Shown in pieces: positions 47,909 to 57,152 of a stretch of DNA of 64,000 bases. The notes under the pieces are model-generated. The model worked only from the letters and a program-made list of their open reading frames with translations. It did no database searches and was not told where the DNA came from. A program made the position numbers and the translations under genes. This stretch comes from Armatimonadota bacterium (GTDB taxonomy: Bacteria; Armatimonadota; SYMT01): NCBI GenBank assembly GCA_041690135.1, contig JAWLHY010000001.1:608001-672000 (forward strand), given 5' to 3'. Numbering within the stretch: position 1 is the first letter of the stretch; every line of letters starts with the position of its first letter.

Positions 47909-47996
47909 AATCGACCGTTGGGAAAGGGTGAGACCCGTCCGAATAGGATGGTGGCCGGACTGTTCTCAAAGAGCGTGCCCGGCTGTTACTGACGCT

Positions 47997-48022
47997 GGCC
48001 CGGAGAATTCCGGGCCTTTTTT
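47997..48022 (+). terminator. Rho-independent terminator
   Basis: GGCCCGGA-gaat-TCCGGGCC-TTTTTT. Confidence 0.85.
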
Positions 48023-48163
48023 GTCGCCACTGGTAGGTTGATTGCCTCGCGGGTTCCGCTAGATGGGAGAGGGCGGAACTTCGGGTTTGTCGAGGAGGTG
48101 GCACCAACCGAGATCGAGTGCCGCGGGCTGATCCGGACATGCACGGTTCTGTCTCGCTGCCGC

Positions 48164-49558
48164 ATGAAAGCTGGCATGCATGCCGAGCCTCATCTTCAGC
48201 CGAATCCGGAGGGACGGGACAGGGATGAATTGTCCTGGGCGTCCCATCCATCCGCTCCAAATCCGCGCAGGACCGCCTGGATGGCGGTGCTGGTGCTGGT
48301 GGTGAGCGCCGGCGTGTTGTTTCGTGCCGTCCACACAACATCGTTCCACGGCGACGAGTCCGGGTGGATCACCAGCGGCTACTACTATACGCATCTGTTG
48401 CTTTCCGGGGACACCGAACTTCAGCGCTGGGAGGGCCGTTCCTGTGCCTCCTGGGGCTATCTGAACATGAACCTGGGGAAATGGCTGTTCGGCTTCCCAC
48501 TGGTCTTTCGGGCGTCCCGGGAGCAGCCGGAGTTCGGTGCGTTCTACGACTTCAATACCAGTCTGGAAGAGAACCGTCGACGCGGGTTGGTTCCACCTCG
48601 CCAGGCCCTGGAGACGGCTCGGATGGTCGCCGCAGCGTTCGGTGTGCTCTGCTGCCTGGCCTTGTTCGCCGCAGGTACCCTGGCGCTGAACGAGTGGGCG
48701 GGGCTCCTGGCTGTTGCGCTCACGCTCTCGCATCGTCTGTTCATCGTCAGCACCACTCGAGCAATGACGGACTCCGCCTACCTGTTCTTTCTGCTCGCCC
48801 TGGTCTTCTTTGCCGTCCGGTTCTGTCAGGCCGAACGGCGGAGCGAGGTGCTGAAAACTTCCCTTGGCTGCGGACTCTGCGCCGGGCTGGCGTGCTCCAT
48901 CAAGATCACCGGGTTGCCTCTGGGCGCCGCCGTCTTCGGGGGCTGCTGCTTGTATCGCCTGGTACAGGGCACGCTCAAAATGCGGTTGGTGGCCTTAGGC
49001 GGCGCCCTGGCGCTGGTGACATCGCTGCTCGTGGTGTATGCCCTTAATCCCTACTTCTGGCCCATCGTGGCGCCTCGCCAGGTTCGAGCCGGATTGACAA
49101 GCAATACCGTTTCGGCGGCCGGAGCTCAGAGTGGACTGGATTGGAACAGCTACCGCCGCTTTCCACGGCTGTTCGGTAAGTGGAAGCGGTACATGGATGG
49201 GCAACGAGCGGCGGGACAATCGCGCTGGACGGGTGACCGCCGGATCGAGCTTCACCGGAGCCTGTTGATCCGGTACGGCGGGATACCTGGAGAAGTCGCT
49301 TTGGTTCCCGTAGCGCTGTTGTTGGTCTTTTACCGGGCGGTGTGGGCGAAGGCCGGGGAAACAGTGGCCTGGTGGCCGGTCGCCTGGTTCTGCCTGGCTA
49401 ACTACCTGTTGATCCTGCTGTTCCTGGTCCACAACTGGGATCGGTACTACCTGCCTACGGTGATAGCCGGTCGGTTGGTGCTGGCGGTGGCAGCGGTATG
49501 GCTTGTCTCGCGTCCAGTTTGCATTCCCCGGATCGGAGCGGAGTCGCCCTCGGCGTGA
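48164..49558 (+). CDS. Lipid-carrier-dependent (PMT/ArnT-like, GT-C) glycosyltransferase
   Basis: FHGDES after TM1, RAMTD, GLACSIKITG, WDRYYLP; start uncertain. Confidence 0.75.
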   Translation: MKAGMHAEPHLQPNPEGRDRDELSWASHPSAPNPRRTAWMAVLVLVVSAGVLFRAVHTTSFHGDESGWITSGYYYTHLLLSGDTELQRWEGRSCASWGYLNMNLGKWLFGFPLVFRASREQPEFGAFYDFNTSLEENRRRGLVPPRQALETARMVAAAFGVLCCLALFAAGTLALNEWAGLLAVALTLSHRLFIVSTTRAMTDSAYLFFLLALVFFAVRFCQAERRSEVLKTSLGCGLCAGLACSIKITGLPLGAAVFGGCCLYRLVQGTLKMRLVALGGALALVTSLLVVYALNPYFWPIVAPRQVRAGLTSNTVSAAGAQSGLDWNSYRRFPRLFGKWKRYMDGQRAAGQSRWTGDRRIELHRSLLIRYGGIPGEVALVPVALLLVFYRAVWAKAGETVAWWPVAWFCLANYLLILLFLVHNWDRYYLPTVIAGRLVLAVAAVWLVSRPVCIPRIGAESPSA

Positions 49559-49569
49559 CGGGTGCGAAC

Positions 49570-49700
49570 GCAGGACCTACCGTGGTGCCTTCCGGGTGCG
49601 CAGCTCCACCGTGTGCCGGGTCTGCTACCGGGGTGTACTCCGAGTGCACAGGCCGATTCCTGGTCGGCGGCAGCGAGCCGACCCTACCTTTACCGGTGCG
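49570..49700. repeat. GTAG-type REP module homologous to 35675-35795
   Basis: CCTACCGTGGTGC...TCCTGGTCGGCGGCAGCGAGCCGACCCTACC. Confidence 0.7.
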
Positions 49701-49907
49701 GGAACTGTGTGCGACCCCTTTAGCAAGAGCTGTGCTCTCCGTGGCGCAAGGCGGATGCAGCCAATAGAAGCTCATGCTGCAATTGAAGCGTCAGGTGCGG
49801 GAATGTCGCTGCACGGGCGCGTGACCCTGCGGCATTCTGAGCCGTGACCTGCCGCCGCGGCACCCGGGAACCGCTTCTCCCACCGGTGCCAGAAGGGACA
49901 GAGGCTC

Positions 49908-50963
49908 ATGCCGACACTCGATGTTGGCCTCATCGGCTGCGGTCGCCTGGCTCTCGGCGTCCACCTTCCCATTCTCGAACGTCTCTCTTCGCGTCAGGCC
50001 GTGCGACTGGCCGCGCTGGCGGACCCGGACCCGGACCGCCGCTCCCAGGCCGCCGGGCGATCGCCCGCCGCCAAGCAGTATGACGATTACCGGCAACTGC
50101 TGCGGCAGCCCGGCCTGGCCGGGGTTATTGTCTGTCTCCCGCCGGCCCAGCACGCGGAAGCCGCGGTCCGCTCGCTGCAGTCCGGGAAGCACCTCTACCT
50201 GGAGAAGCCCCTGGCCGCCGATCCGGCGGAAGGGGAAGCGATCCTATCCGCCTGGGAGAGAGCCCGCACCACGGCGATGATCGGCTTCAACTACCGGTTC
50301 CATCCGGCGATCCGCGAGGCTCGCGAGATCATCCGGTCGGGAGCGCTGGGTGAAGTGCTGGCGGTGCAGTCGGAGTTCTCCACCTGCGAACAGCCGATGC
50401 CGGAGTGGAAACGGCGCCGTGCCAGCGGGGGAGGGGTGCTGCTGGACCTGGCTTCCCACCATATCGACCTTGCCCGCTTTCTCCTCGGCCAGGAGGTGGG
50501 GGAGGTCTCTTGCCGCACCCTCTCCCACCGCAGCGAAGGGGACGCGGCCTCGCTGCGGCTGCGGATGGTCCGGGGCGCCCTTGTGCAAACGTTCGTGTCT
50601 CTGGTCTCGGCGGAGGAGGACCAGATCCGGGTGTTCGGCACGGAGGGAGCACTCCGGTTCGACCGCTATCGGAGCCTCCGGCCCCAGGTTATCCCCTTGC
50701 GGCGCGGGAGGGAGCGGGTTCGCGCCGTGTGGGAACGAGTCTCGGAGCTGCGAGCGTGGCCGCTGCAGGCCCGTAAGGCCCTGATTCCCGGATACGAGCC
50801 TTCCTACGCCGCTGCCCTGGAGCACTTTTTTCGCAGTGTTCGGGAGGAGCGACCCGCGGCGCCCGATCTGCGCGACGGGTACGCCAGCCTGGCGGTAGTC
50901 GCTGCGGCGGAAAGGTCGGCGGAATCGGGCGAGACAGTGGCTGTCCGGCCGGTGGAGGGCTGA
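49908..50963 (+). CDS. Gfo/Idh/MocA family oxidoreductase
   Basis: GLIGCG, EKPLA, GGGVLLDLASHHID. Confidence 0.92.
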   Translation: MPTLDVGLIGCGRLALGVHLPILERLSSRQAVRLAALADPDPDRRSQAAGRSPAAKQYDDYRQLLRQPGLAGVIVCLPPAQHAEAAVRSLQSGKHLYLEKPLAADPAEGEAILSAWERARTTAMIGFNYRFHPAIREAREIIRSGALGEVLAVQSEFSTCEQPMPEWKRRRASGGGVLLDLASHHIDLARFLLGQEVGEVSCRTLSHRSEGDAASLRLRMVRGALVQTFVSLVSAEEDQIRVFGTEGALRFDRYRSLRPQVIPLRRGRERVRAVWERVSELRAWPLQARKALIPGYEPSYAAALEHFFRSVREERPAAPDLRDGYASLAVVAAAERSAESGETVAVRPVEG

Positions 50964-52204
50964 TGCGCATTCTGCTGGTCAACGACTACGGCACGCCCAC
51001 CGGCGGCGCGGAGCTCCTCTGGCTCGGGCTCCGGGCGCAACTGCAGGCGCTGGGGCATGAAGTCCGCCTCTTGACGAGCCGGGCCGAGCCGGGGGGCGCC
51101 AGGAGCCTTGCGGACGAGCACTGCGCGGGCACGACCGGCCGGTGGCGGACGGTCCTCCAATCGGCCAATCCCGCTGCGTGCATGACGTTGCGCCGGCTGC
51201 TGAGTTCCTTTCAACCGGATGTGGTGCACGTGGGGATCTTCCTCACCCAGTTGTCGCCGCTGATCCTGCCCCTGCTGCGTCTTATCCCCGCGGTCCACAC
51301 GGCGATGTGGTACCGGACCATCTGCCCGAAGGGGACGCGCCTGCTGCCCGATGCCGGGGAGTGCAGGGCGGAGGCAGGCCAGGCCTGCCTCCAGAGCGGC
51401 TGCCTGCCGTACCGGGACTGGCTCCCGCTGATGTTCCAGATGCGGCTCTGGCGACGAAACCAGGGGGTTTTCGACCGGGTCGTGCCAATCAGTGAGGCGG
51501 TCCGGACCCGTCTGGTGGAAGGGGGCATCGCCTGCACGAATCCGATCCTACCCGGGGTGCCGGAAACGCCGTCGCGCCCGCCTCTTTCCAGCCCGCCGAC
51601 AGCGGCGTTCGCGGGTCGCCTGGTGCCGGAGAAGGGCGTCCTCCCGCTGCTACAGGCATTCACACTGGCCCGCCGGCGTATACCCGAGGCACGTCTCGCG
51701 ATCCTGGGCGACGGGCCGGAACGACCCCAACTGGAACGGGAAGCGGTGCGCCTGGGTGTTGCGGACGCGGTCCGGTTCGGGGGACACCTGGACCGCAAAC
51801 CGATGGAGCGAGCGCTGGCCTCGGCCTGGGTTCAGGTGGTGCCCTCCCTCTGGGCCGAGCCGTTCGGGCTGGTGGCGGCCGAAGCGGCGATGCGGGGGAC
51901 GGCCGTCATCGCTACCCGAAGCGGAGGCCTGGAGGAGATCGTCCGCGACGGCACCACCGGAACGCTGGTTCCCCCCGGAGACGTGGCGGCACTGGCGGAG
52001 AGCCTGGTGTTCTTCCTGACGCGGCGAGAAATGGCGGAACGGATGGGGGCGGCGGCCCGGCAGGAAGCCCAGCACCGCTTCAGCGAGGTGGGAATGGCGA
52101 GGGCTTACGAGGCTCTCTACCGGGAAGTGCTGGCGGAGCGAGGGGCGCAGCCGGTGCAGCCGGACGGGAGCCGAAGCGAGTGGAAGGAGGGAATCCATGC
52201 GTGA
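50963..52204 (+). CDS. Glycosyltransferase family 4
   Basis: GGAE, AGRLVPEKG, EPFGLVAAEA. Confidence 0.93.
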   Translation: MRILLVNDYGTPTGGAELLWLGLRAQLQALGHEVRLLTSRAEPGGARSLADEHCAGTTGRWRTVLQSANPAACMTLRRLLSSFQPDVVHVGIFLTQLSPLILPLLRLIPAVHTAMWYRTICPKGTRLLPDAGECRAEAGQACLQSGCLPYRDWLPLMFQMRLWRRNQGVFDRVVPISEAVRTRLVEGGIACTNPILPGVPETPSRPPLSSPPTAAFAGRLVPEKGVLPLLQAFTLARRRIPEARLAILGDGPERPQLEREAVRLGVADAVRFGGHLDRKPMERALASAWVQVVPSLWAEPFGLVAAEAAMRGTAVIATRSGGLEEIVRDGTTGTLVPPGDVAALAESLVFFLTRREMAERMGAAARQEAQHRFSEVGMARAYEALYREVLAERGAQPVQPDGSRSEWKEGIHA

Positions 52205-53753
52205 GAGAGCCCGGCCGCTGCTGATCATCGGCCTCGACGGGGGAGACCCGGCGTTCATCCGGCAATGGATCGGGGAAGGACGTCTTCCCACGCTGGCCCG
52301 CCTGATGCGGGAGGGCTGCCATGGCACGACCGGCGGTCCGGAGCTGATCTCGGAGCACGGCGTGTGGGTCTCGATCGTGACCGGAGTGTCGCGCGGGCAG
52401 ACCGGGTTCTTCTACTTCCGGCAGTTGGAACCGGGATCCTATCGGCTCCGGCCGTTTTCGGGGCTCGATGTAGATGCCGAGCCGTTCTGGAGCCGTCTGC
52501 GCGGCGGCGCGCGGCGTGTGGTGGTAGTGGACGTGCCGGATGTGTTCCCGGTGGGCGGCGTTCCGGGAGTCCAACTGGCGAACTGGGCGCCGCACCTGGG
52601 GTGGAGTAGCCGCGACCCCGCCTACCGCCCGGCGGCGGAACCTCCCGCGGCCCTGCGGAAGGCTGCCGGGTCGGCCGGCCGGCGGCGGGTGGTGCGGGAG
52701 AAGACCCCGAGTACTGTGAAGGAAGACCTGCGCATCTTCCACCAACTGCGGCATCGGGTGGCGGCGAAGGGACGGCTGGTTCGCCACCTCCTGACTCGGG
52801 AGCGGCCGGACCTGGCGATGGTCGTGTTTTGCGAGAGCCACACCGCCGCTCACCAGTTCTGGGACTACCGGCCGGAAGCGAACCACTGGAAGGGGGAAGC
52901 GGCCCCGCAGCTTCAGGAGGCGATTGCCGCCATCTACGCGGAGATCGACCGGGAAATCGCCACCCTGCTGGAAGCGCTGCCCGAGGCCAACGTGGTACTC
53001 CTTTCCAGCGTCGGCATCACGGATCATCACCCGACGATCGGCCTCACCGAGGCGTTCTGTCGTCAACTCGGGTACGAGGTGCCCGCCAAGGGGCCACGGT
53101 TCTCTCTGAACCCGCTGGTCCTGGCGCGCCGATGCGTACCGGAACCGGCCCGCGTGGGCTTGAGCCGCCGCCTGTCGCGAGATACGCGGGAACGGCTGCT
53201 GGCGGATTCGTTCCGCTCCGGCACGGATTGGAGCCGAACGACGGCGTTTGCGATCCCCTCCCTCTACTCGAGCTCGCTGCGCGTGAACCTGCGCGGGAGG
53301 GAGCCGCAGGGGATCGTGGCTCCCGGCCGGGAATACGAGCAACTCCTGGATCACCTGACAAGAGATCTTCTCGCACTGGAGGATCCCGCCGCTCGTGCCC
53401 CCGCCGTGCGGCAGGTGTGCCGCGCCCGAGATCTCTTCGGGCCGGAGGCGCACCCGGCCTTGCCGGACCTGTTCGTCCACTGGGTACCTCGCCCCTACTT
53501 CGTGGAACGCGTCATCCACCCCACGGTGGAACTGATCCAACCGCCCCTCGAGTTCAACCGGACCAGCGATCACACTCACGCCGGGTTCGTTTGCTTCGCC
53601 GGGCCGGACATCCACGCGCGGGGCGTGCTGGGAGAAGTCGAGGTGCTCGACCTCGCGCCGACCTTCCTCCGGCTGTTGAATATGCCGGCGGGGGAGAACC
53701 TGCGGGGTCGCCCGTTGGCCGCACTCGGCCGGGCTACGGTGAAGGAGCGATAG
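52197..53753 (+). CDS. Alkaline phosphatase/nucleotide pyrophosphatase family protein
   Basis: IIGLDGGD, W.SIVTG, NLRGREPQG, DLAPT. Confidence 0.85.
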   Translation: MRERARPLLIIGLDGGDPAFIRQWIGEGRLPTLARLMREGCHGTTGGPELISEHGVWVSIVTGVSRGQTGFFYFRQLEPGSYRLRPFSGLDVDAEPFWSRLRGGARRVVVVDVPDVFPVGGVPGVQLANWAPHLGWSSRDPAYRPAAEPPAALRKAAGSAGRRRVVREKTPSTVKEDLRIFHQLRHRVAAKGRLVRHLLTRERPDLAMVVFCESHTAAHQFWDYRPEANHWKGEAAPQLQEAIAAIYAEIDREIATLLEALPEANVVLLSSVGITDHHPTIGLTEAFCRQLGYEVPAKGPRFSLNPLVLARRCVPEPARVGLSRRLSRDTRERLLADSFRSGTDWSRTTAFAIPSLYSSSLRVNLRGREPQGIVAPGREYEQLLDHLTRDLLALEDPAARAPAVRQVCRARDLFGPEAHPALPDLFVHWVPRPYFVERVIHPTVELIQPPLEFNRTSDHTHAGFVCFAGPDIHARGVLGEVEVLDLAPTFLRLLNMPAGENLRGRPLAALGRATVKER

Positions 53754-53758
53754 GAACT

Positions 53759-54676
53759 ATGGGAGTGCGCCTGCCGACGGTTTCCGTGATCGTACCGACC
53801 CGTAACCGCCTCGAAAGCCTGCGCGCCTGCCTGCGGGCATTGGATCAACTGGACTACCCGTCCGAGCGCGTCGAGGCCGTCGTGGTGGACGACGGAAGCG
53901 TACCTCCGGTATCCGCTAGCCTGCACTCCTCCGGGTCCGGTCCCAACCTCCGGCTGTTGCGGGGTGAGGGGAAAGGTCCCGCCGTTGCCCGCAACCGGGG
54001 AGTGGCGGTGGCGGAGGGCGACCTGCTGGCTTTCACGGATGACGACTGCATCCCCTCACCCACGTGGCTCCGGGAGTTGGTGGCCGCGCACGAGAGCCGG
54101 CCGGATGCCGCCGTGGGGGGCCAGGTGGTCAACGGCCTGGATGAGAACCCGTTCGCGGATGCCAGCCAGATGCTGGTGACCTATCTTTACCACTACTACA
54201 ACGACGGGAACTCCGGCGCCCGGTTCTTCACCTCGAACAACCTGTTGGCCCCAGCGCGCGAATTTCGCGCGGCGGGCGGCTTCGACTCCACCTTTCCCCT
54301 GGCCGCCGCGGAAGACCGGGATTTCTGCGACCGCTGGTATGGCGGTGGACGGCCCCTGGTGTACAACTCCCGCGCGGTCGTTTACCACCGGCACCGGATG
54401 GGCCTGCGCACCTACCTCGCACAGCACTACAACTACGGCCGGGGGGCGTATCACTTCCACCTCCGCCGCCGGACCCGCGGCCATGGGCGACTGCGGTTGG
54501 AACCCCCCGTTTTCTATGCCAACCTGCTCGCCTGGCCGCTCCGGGAGCGGAAGCGAAAGTGGAACTGGCGGCTGCGGTTGGCGGCACTCCTGCTGGTTTC
54601 GCAGGGCGCCAATGCCTGCGGTTTCTTCCGGGAAGCGCTCCATCCCTGTTCTCCACTCGACCCCAGTGAGGATTGA
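53759..54676 (+). CDS. Glycosyltransferase family 2
   Basis: VSVIVPTRNR, VVDDGS, FTDDDC, AEDRD. Confidence 0.93.
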   Translation: MGVRLPTVSVIVPTRNRLESLRACLRALDQLDYPSERVEAVVVDDGSVPPVSASLHSSGSGPNLRLLRGEGKGPAVARNRGVAVAEGDLLAFTDDDCIPSPTWLRELVAAHESRPDAAVGGQVVNGLDENPFADASQMLVTYLYHYYNDGNSGARFFTSNNLLAPAREFRAAGGFDSTFPLAAAEDRDFCDRWYGGGRPLVYNSRAVVYHRHRMGLRTYLAQHYNYGRGAYHFHLRRRTRGHGRLRLEPPVFYANLLAWPLRERKRKWNWRLRLAALLLVSQGANACGFFREALHPCSPLDPSED

Positions 54677-54678
54677 TC

Positions 54679-55671
54679 ATGCCCGAGGCCCCTATGCCTG
54701 CCCTCTCCGTGGTCCTCGTCACCCCGGATAGCTACGCTACCGTCCGGATGACGATCCGGCACCTGCTGGCCCAGACCGTAGTCCGGCAGATAGAGCTGGT
54801 GCTTGTCGTCCCCGTGGTGGCGGAACTCCATCCCCATCCCGAGGAACTGACCGGCTTCGGCGCGGTCCGTTACGTGGAGGTGGGCCGGCTGGACAGCATA
54901 CCGGCGGCCCGCGCGGAGGGAATCCGGCGGGCCAGGGCGCCCATCGTCGCTCTGGCGGAAGATCATGCTTTCCCCGAGCCCGGATGGGCGGAGGCCCTGC
55001 TCGCCGCCCATGCCGAGGGGTTCGCCGCAGTCGGCCCGGTAATGGTGAACGCCAACCCCGAAAGCGCCGTGAGCTGGGCCGATTATCTCGTGGGGTACGG
55101 TCCCTGGACCGACCCCGCCGAACCGGGTCCCCGGGAACACCTACCCGGCCACAACAGCAGCTACCGGCGCGAATTGCTGTTGGAGTACGGACCTCGTCTG
55201 GACGAGCTCCTGGAAGCGGAGACGATTCTTCACTGGGACCTGCGCGCCCGCGGCTACGACCTGTACCTCGAGCCCCAGGCGCGCACGCGCCATATGAACT
55301 TCGGCCTCCTGCACACGTTCCTGTTCGTACAGTTCCAGTGCGGGCGCGCGTTTGCCGCGAGTCGTTCGAAGGAGTGGTCGCCCGTGCGCCGTGCCTGCTA
55401 CGCACTTCTCTGGCCCGCGCTCGTGCTGCGACGCCTGAGCCGGCACATGGCGGACCTGCAAAGGGTATCCAGAAGCCGACGGGTGCCTCCGGCCACGCGG
55501 CCCATCCTGGCGCTAGGGCTCCTAGTTGATGGGCTGGGGCAATGCACCGGTTTCCTGTGCGGGGCCGGCGAGGCGCCGAAACGCCTCTCCGCCCTGGAGT
55601 TTCGGCGCTACCAGTATCAGCCGATCCCGGCGCCCGCGATGGCGGCGGGTGAGGCGGGTAAGCCGGGATGA
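54679..55671 (+). CDS. Glycosyltransferase family 2
   Basis: LSVVLVT, ARAEGIRRARAPIVALAEDH, PGHNSSYRR. Confidence 0.85.
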   Translation: MPEAPMPALSVVLVTPDSYATVRMTIRHLLAQTVVRQIELVLVVPVVAELHPHPEELTGFGAVRYVEVGRLDSIPAARAEGIRRARAPIVALAEDHAFPEPGWAEALLAAHAEGFAAVGPVMVNANPESAVSWADYLVGYGPWTDPAEPGPREHLPGHNSSYRRELLLEYGPRLDELLEAETILHWDLRARGYDLYLEPQARTRHMNFGLLHTFLFVQFQCGRAFAASRSKEWSPVRRACYALLWPALVLRRLSRHMADLQRVSRSRRVPPATRPILALGLLVDGLGQCTGFLCGAGEAPKRLSALEFRRYQYQPIPAPAMAAGEAGKPG

Positions 55672-57152
55672 ATCGCGCCGCGTCCGGTGTGACCGCCCGC
55701 ACGCTGGATGGAACGGTGCGCGTATTCCTGGCGGAGGCCCTGATCCTGCCCACCGGCCTCCTGACGGCGGCGTATCTCACCCGCAAGCTGGGGCCGGCCG
55801 ACTACGGCGTGTTGTCGCTGGCGGTGTCGCTGGTCGCCTGGCTACAGTGGAGCCTGAGCTCCTTCTTTACCCGGGCTTCCATCCAGGTGGTGGGCGAGTC
55901 GGCGGACTGGCGGCCGGTGGGAGCGGTACTGCTGCGGGTGCACCTGCTCTCCGGAGGGGTGCTGGCGGTCCTGGTCGCTGCGGCAGCCTGGCCCGTGGCG
56001 AACGCGCTGCGCGAACCCCAACTCACCGGCTACCTGCTGCTGCTGGCCCCGGAAGTGGTGCTGAGTGCGGTCGTGGCGGCGCACCGGAACCTCATGGTCG
56101 GCACGGGTCAATACACCCCACGGGCGGTCGTCAGCGCGGCCCGGTGGCTCTCCCGGCTGGCCCTCATCGTGCTGTTCGTGGAGTGGAGTGGTTCGGTCGC
56201 GGGCGCCCTCCTCGGCAACGTGCTGGCATCGGCCGTGGAGCTCATCGCCTGCCGTCGCTTCATCCGTCCGGGGTGGCGTGTGAAACCAGGGGCCTTCCCG
56301 ATCGAGCGCCTGCTGCGGCCCGCCGTCCCGCTGTTCCTGGGTGCGCTCTGCCTCCGGATCTTCGACAAGCTCGACCTGTTCGCGTTGAAGCTGCTGGGAG
56401 GGACCGCCGCGGACGCCGGCTATTATGTGGCCGCCCAGAACCTGGCTTTCGTGCCCAGCCTGGTTTCGATCTCCTTCTCGCCGCTGTTGCTCTCTTCGCT
56501 CTGTCGCCTGGGGCGGGAGGGAGCAACCGTGGAAGCGCGGGAACTGGTCCGTCGCACCGTGTGCGTGAGCCTCTGGCTGATCCCGGCGGGGGCCATTGCC
56601 GCCGGTTCCGCCGGGGGGATCGTGAGAACGGTCTACGGTTCCCAGTTCCACGCTTCCGCGCCCCTCTTCGCGCTCCTGATAGGCGCCTCCATCGCCCTGG
56701 TGTTCGTCTCCGTGCACACGGCGCTGCTGACCGCCGCGGAGAAGTCCCTGTGGACCTTCTGGTTGACGCTCCCGCTCTTGCCGATGGCGTGCGCCGGCTA
56801 TCCGCTCTGTATTCCGCCGTTCGGACTGCGGGGAGCCGCCCTGGTAACTCTGGGTGCGGCCGTGGTGACCGCGGGGGCAACGGTGTTCATTACCTACCGG
56901 ACCTGGAAGTGTCCCCCGGCCGCGGCGCACTGGGTGCGGGCATTTGCCGGTGGATTCCTCTTCTGGCACCTGGCCACCGGGTGGCCTGTGGAGGGGTGGC
57001 TGCTGTTGGTGAAGCTGTCGGTGCTGGTGCTGACGTTGCCGGTCTATCTGTGGTTGACCGGGGAGTTCAACTCTTCGGAGCGGAAGTGGCTTTGGAAGCA
57101 ATGGCCCCGACGCCGGGCCGCCGCGGACGGCCGGGGAGGGTATCGAACTTGA
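55668..57152 (+). CDS. Oligosaccharide flippase (Wzx/MOP family)
   Basis: LTRKLGPADYG, many TM segments, AGYYVAA. Confidence 0.88.
   Translation: MNRAASGVTARTLDGTVRVFLAEALILPTGLLTAAYLTRKLGPADYGVLSLAVSLVAWLQWSLSSFFTRASIQVVGESADWRPVGAVLLRVHLLSGGVLAVLVAAAAWPVANALREPQLTGYLLLLAPEVVLSAVVAAHRNLMVGTGQYTPRAVVSAARWLSRLALIVLFVEWSGSVAGALLGNVLASAVELIACRRFIRPGWRVKPGAFPIERLLRPAVPLFLGALCLRIFDKLDLFALKLLGGTAADAGYYVAAQNLAFVPSLVSISFSPLLLSSLCRLGREGATVEARELVRRTVCVSLWLIPAGAIAAGSAGGIVRTVYGSQFHASAPLFALLIGASIALVFVSVHTALLTAAEKSLWTFWLTLPLLPMACAGYPLCIPPFGLRGAALVTLGAAVVTAGATVFITYRTWKCPPAAAHWVRAFAGGFLFWHLATGWPVEGWLLLVKLSVLVLTLPVYLWLTGEFNSSERKWLWKQWPRRRAAADGRGGYRT

Noticed and set aside
57067-57152. 86-bp convergent overlap of the flippase and GT-C genes as a regulatory feature
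   Set aside because: Both tails are low-complexity extensions, which is common in GC-rich genomes
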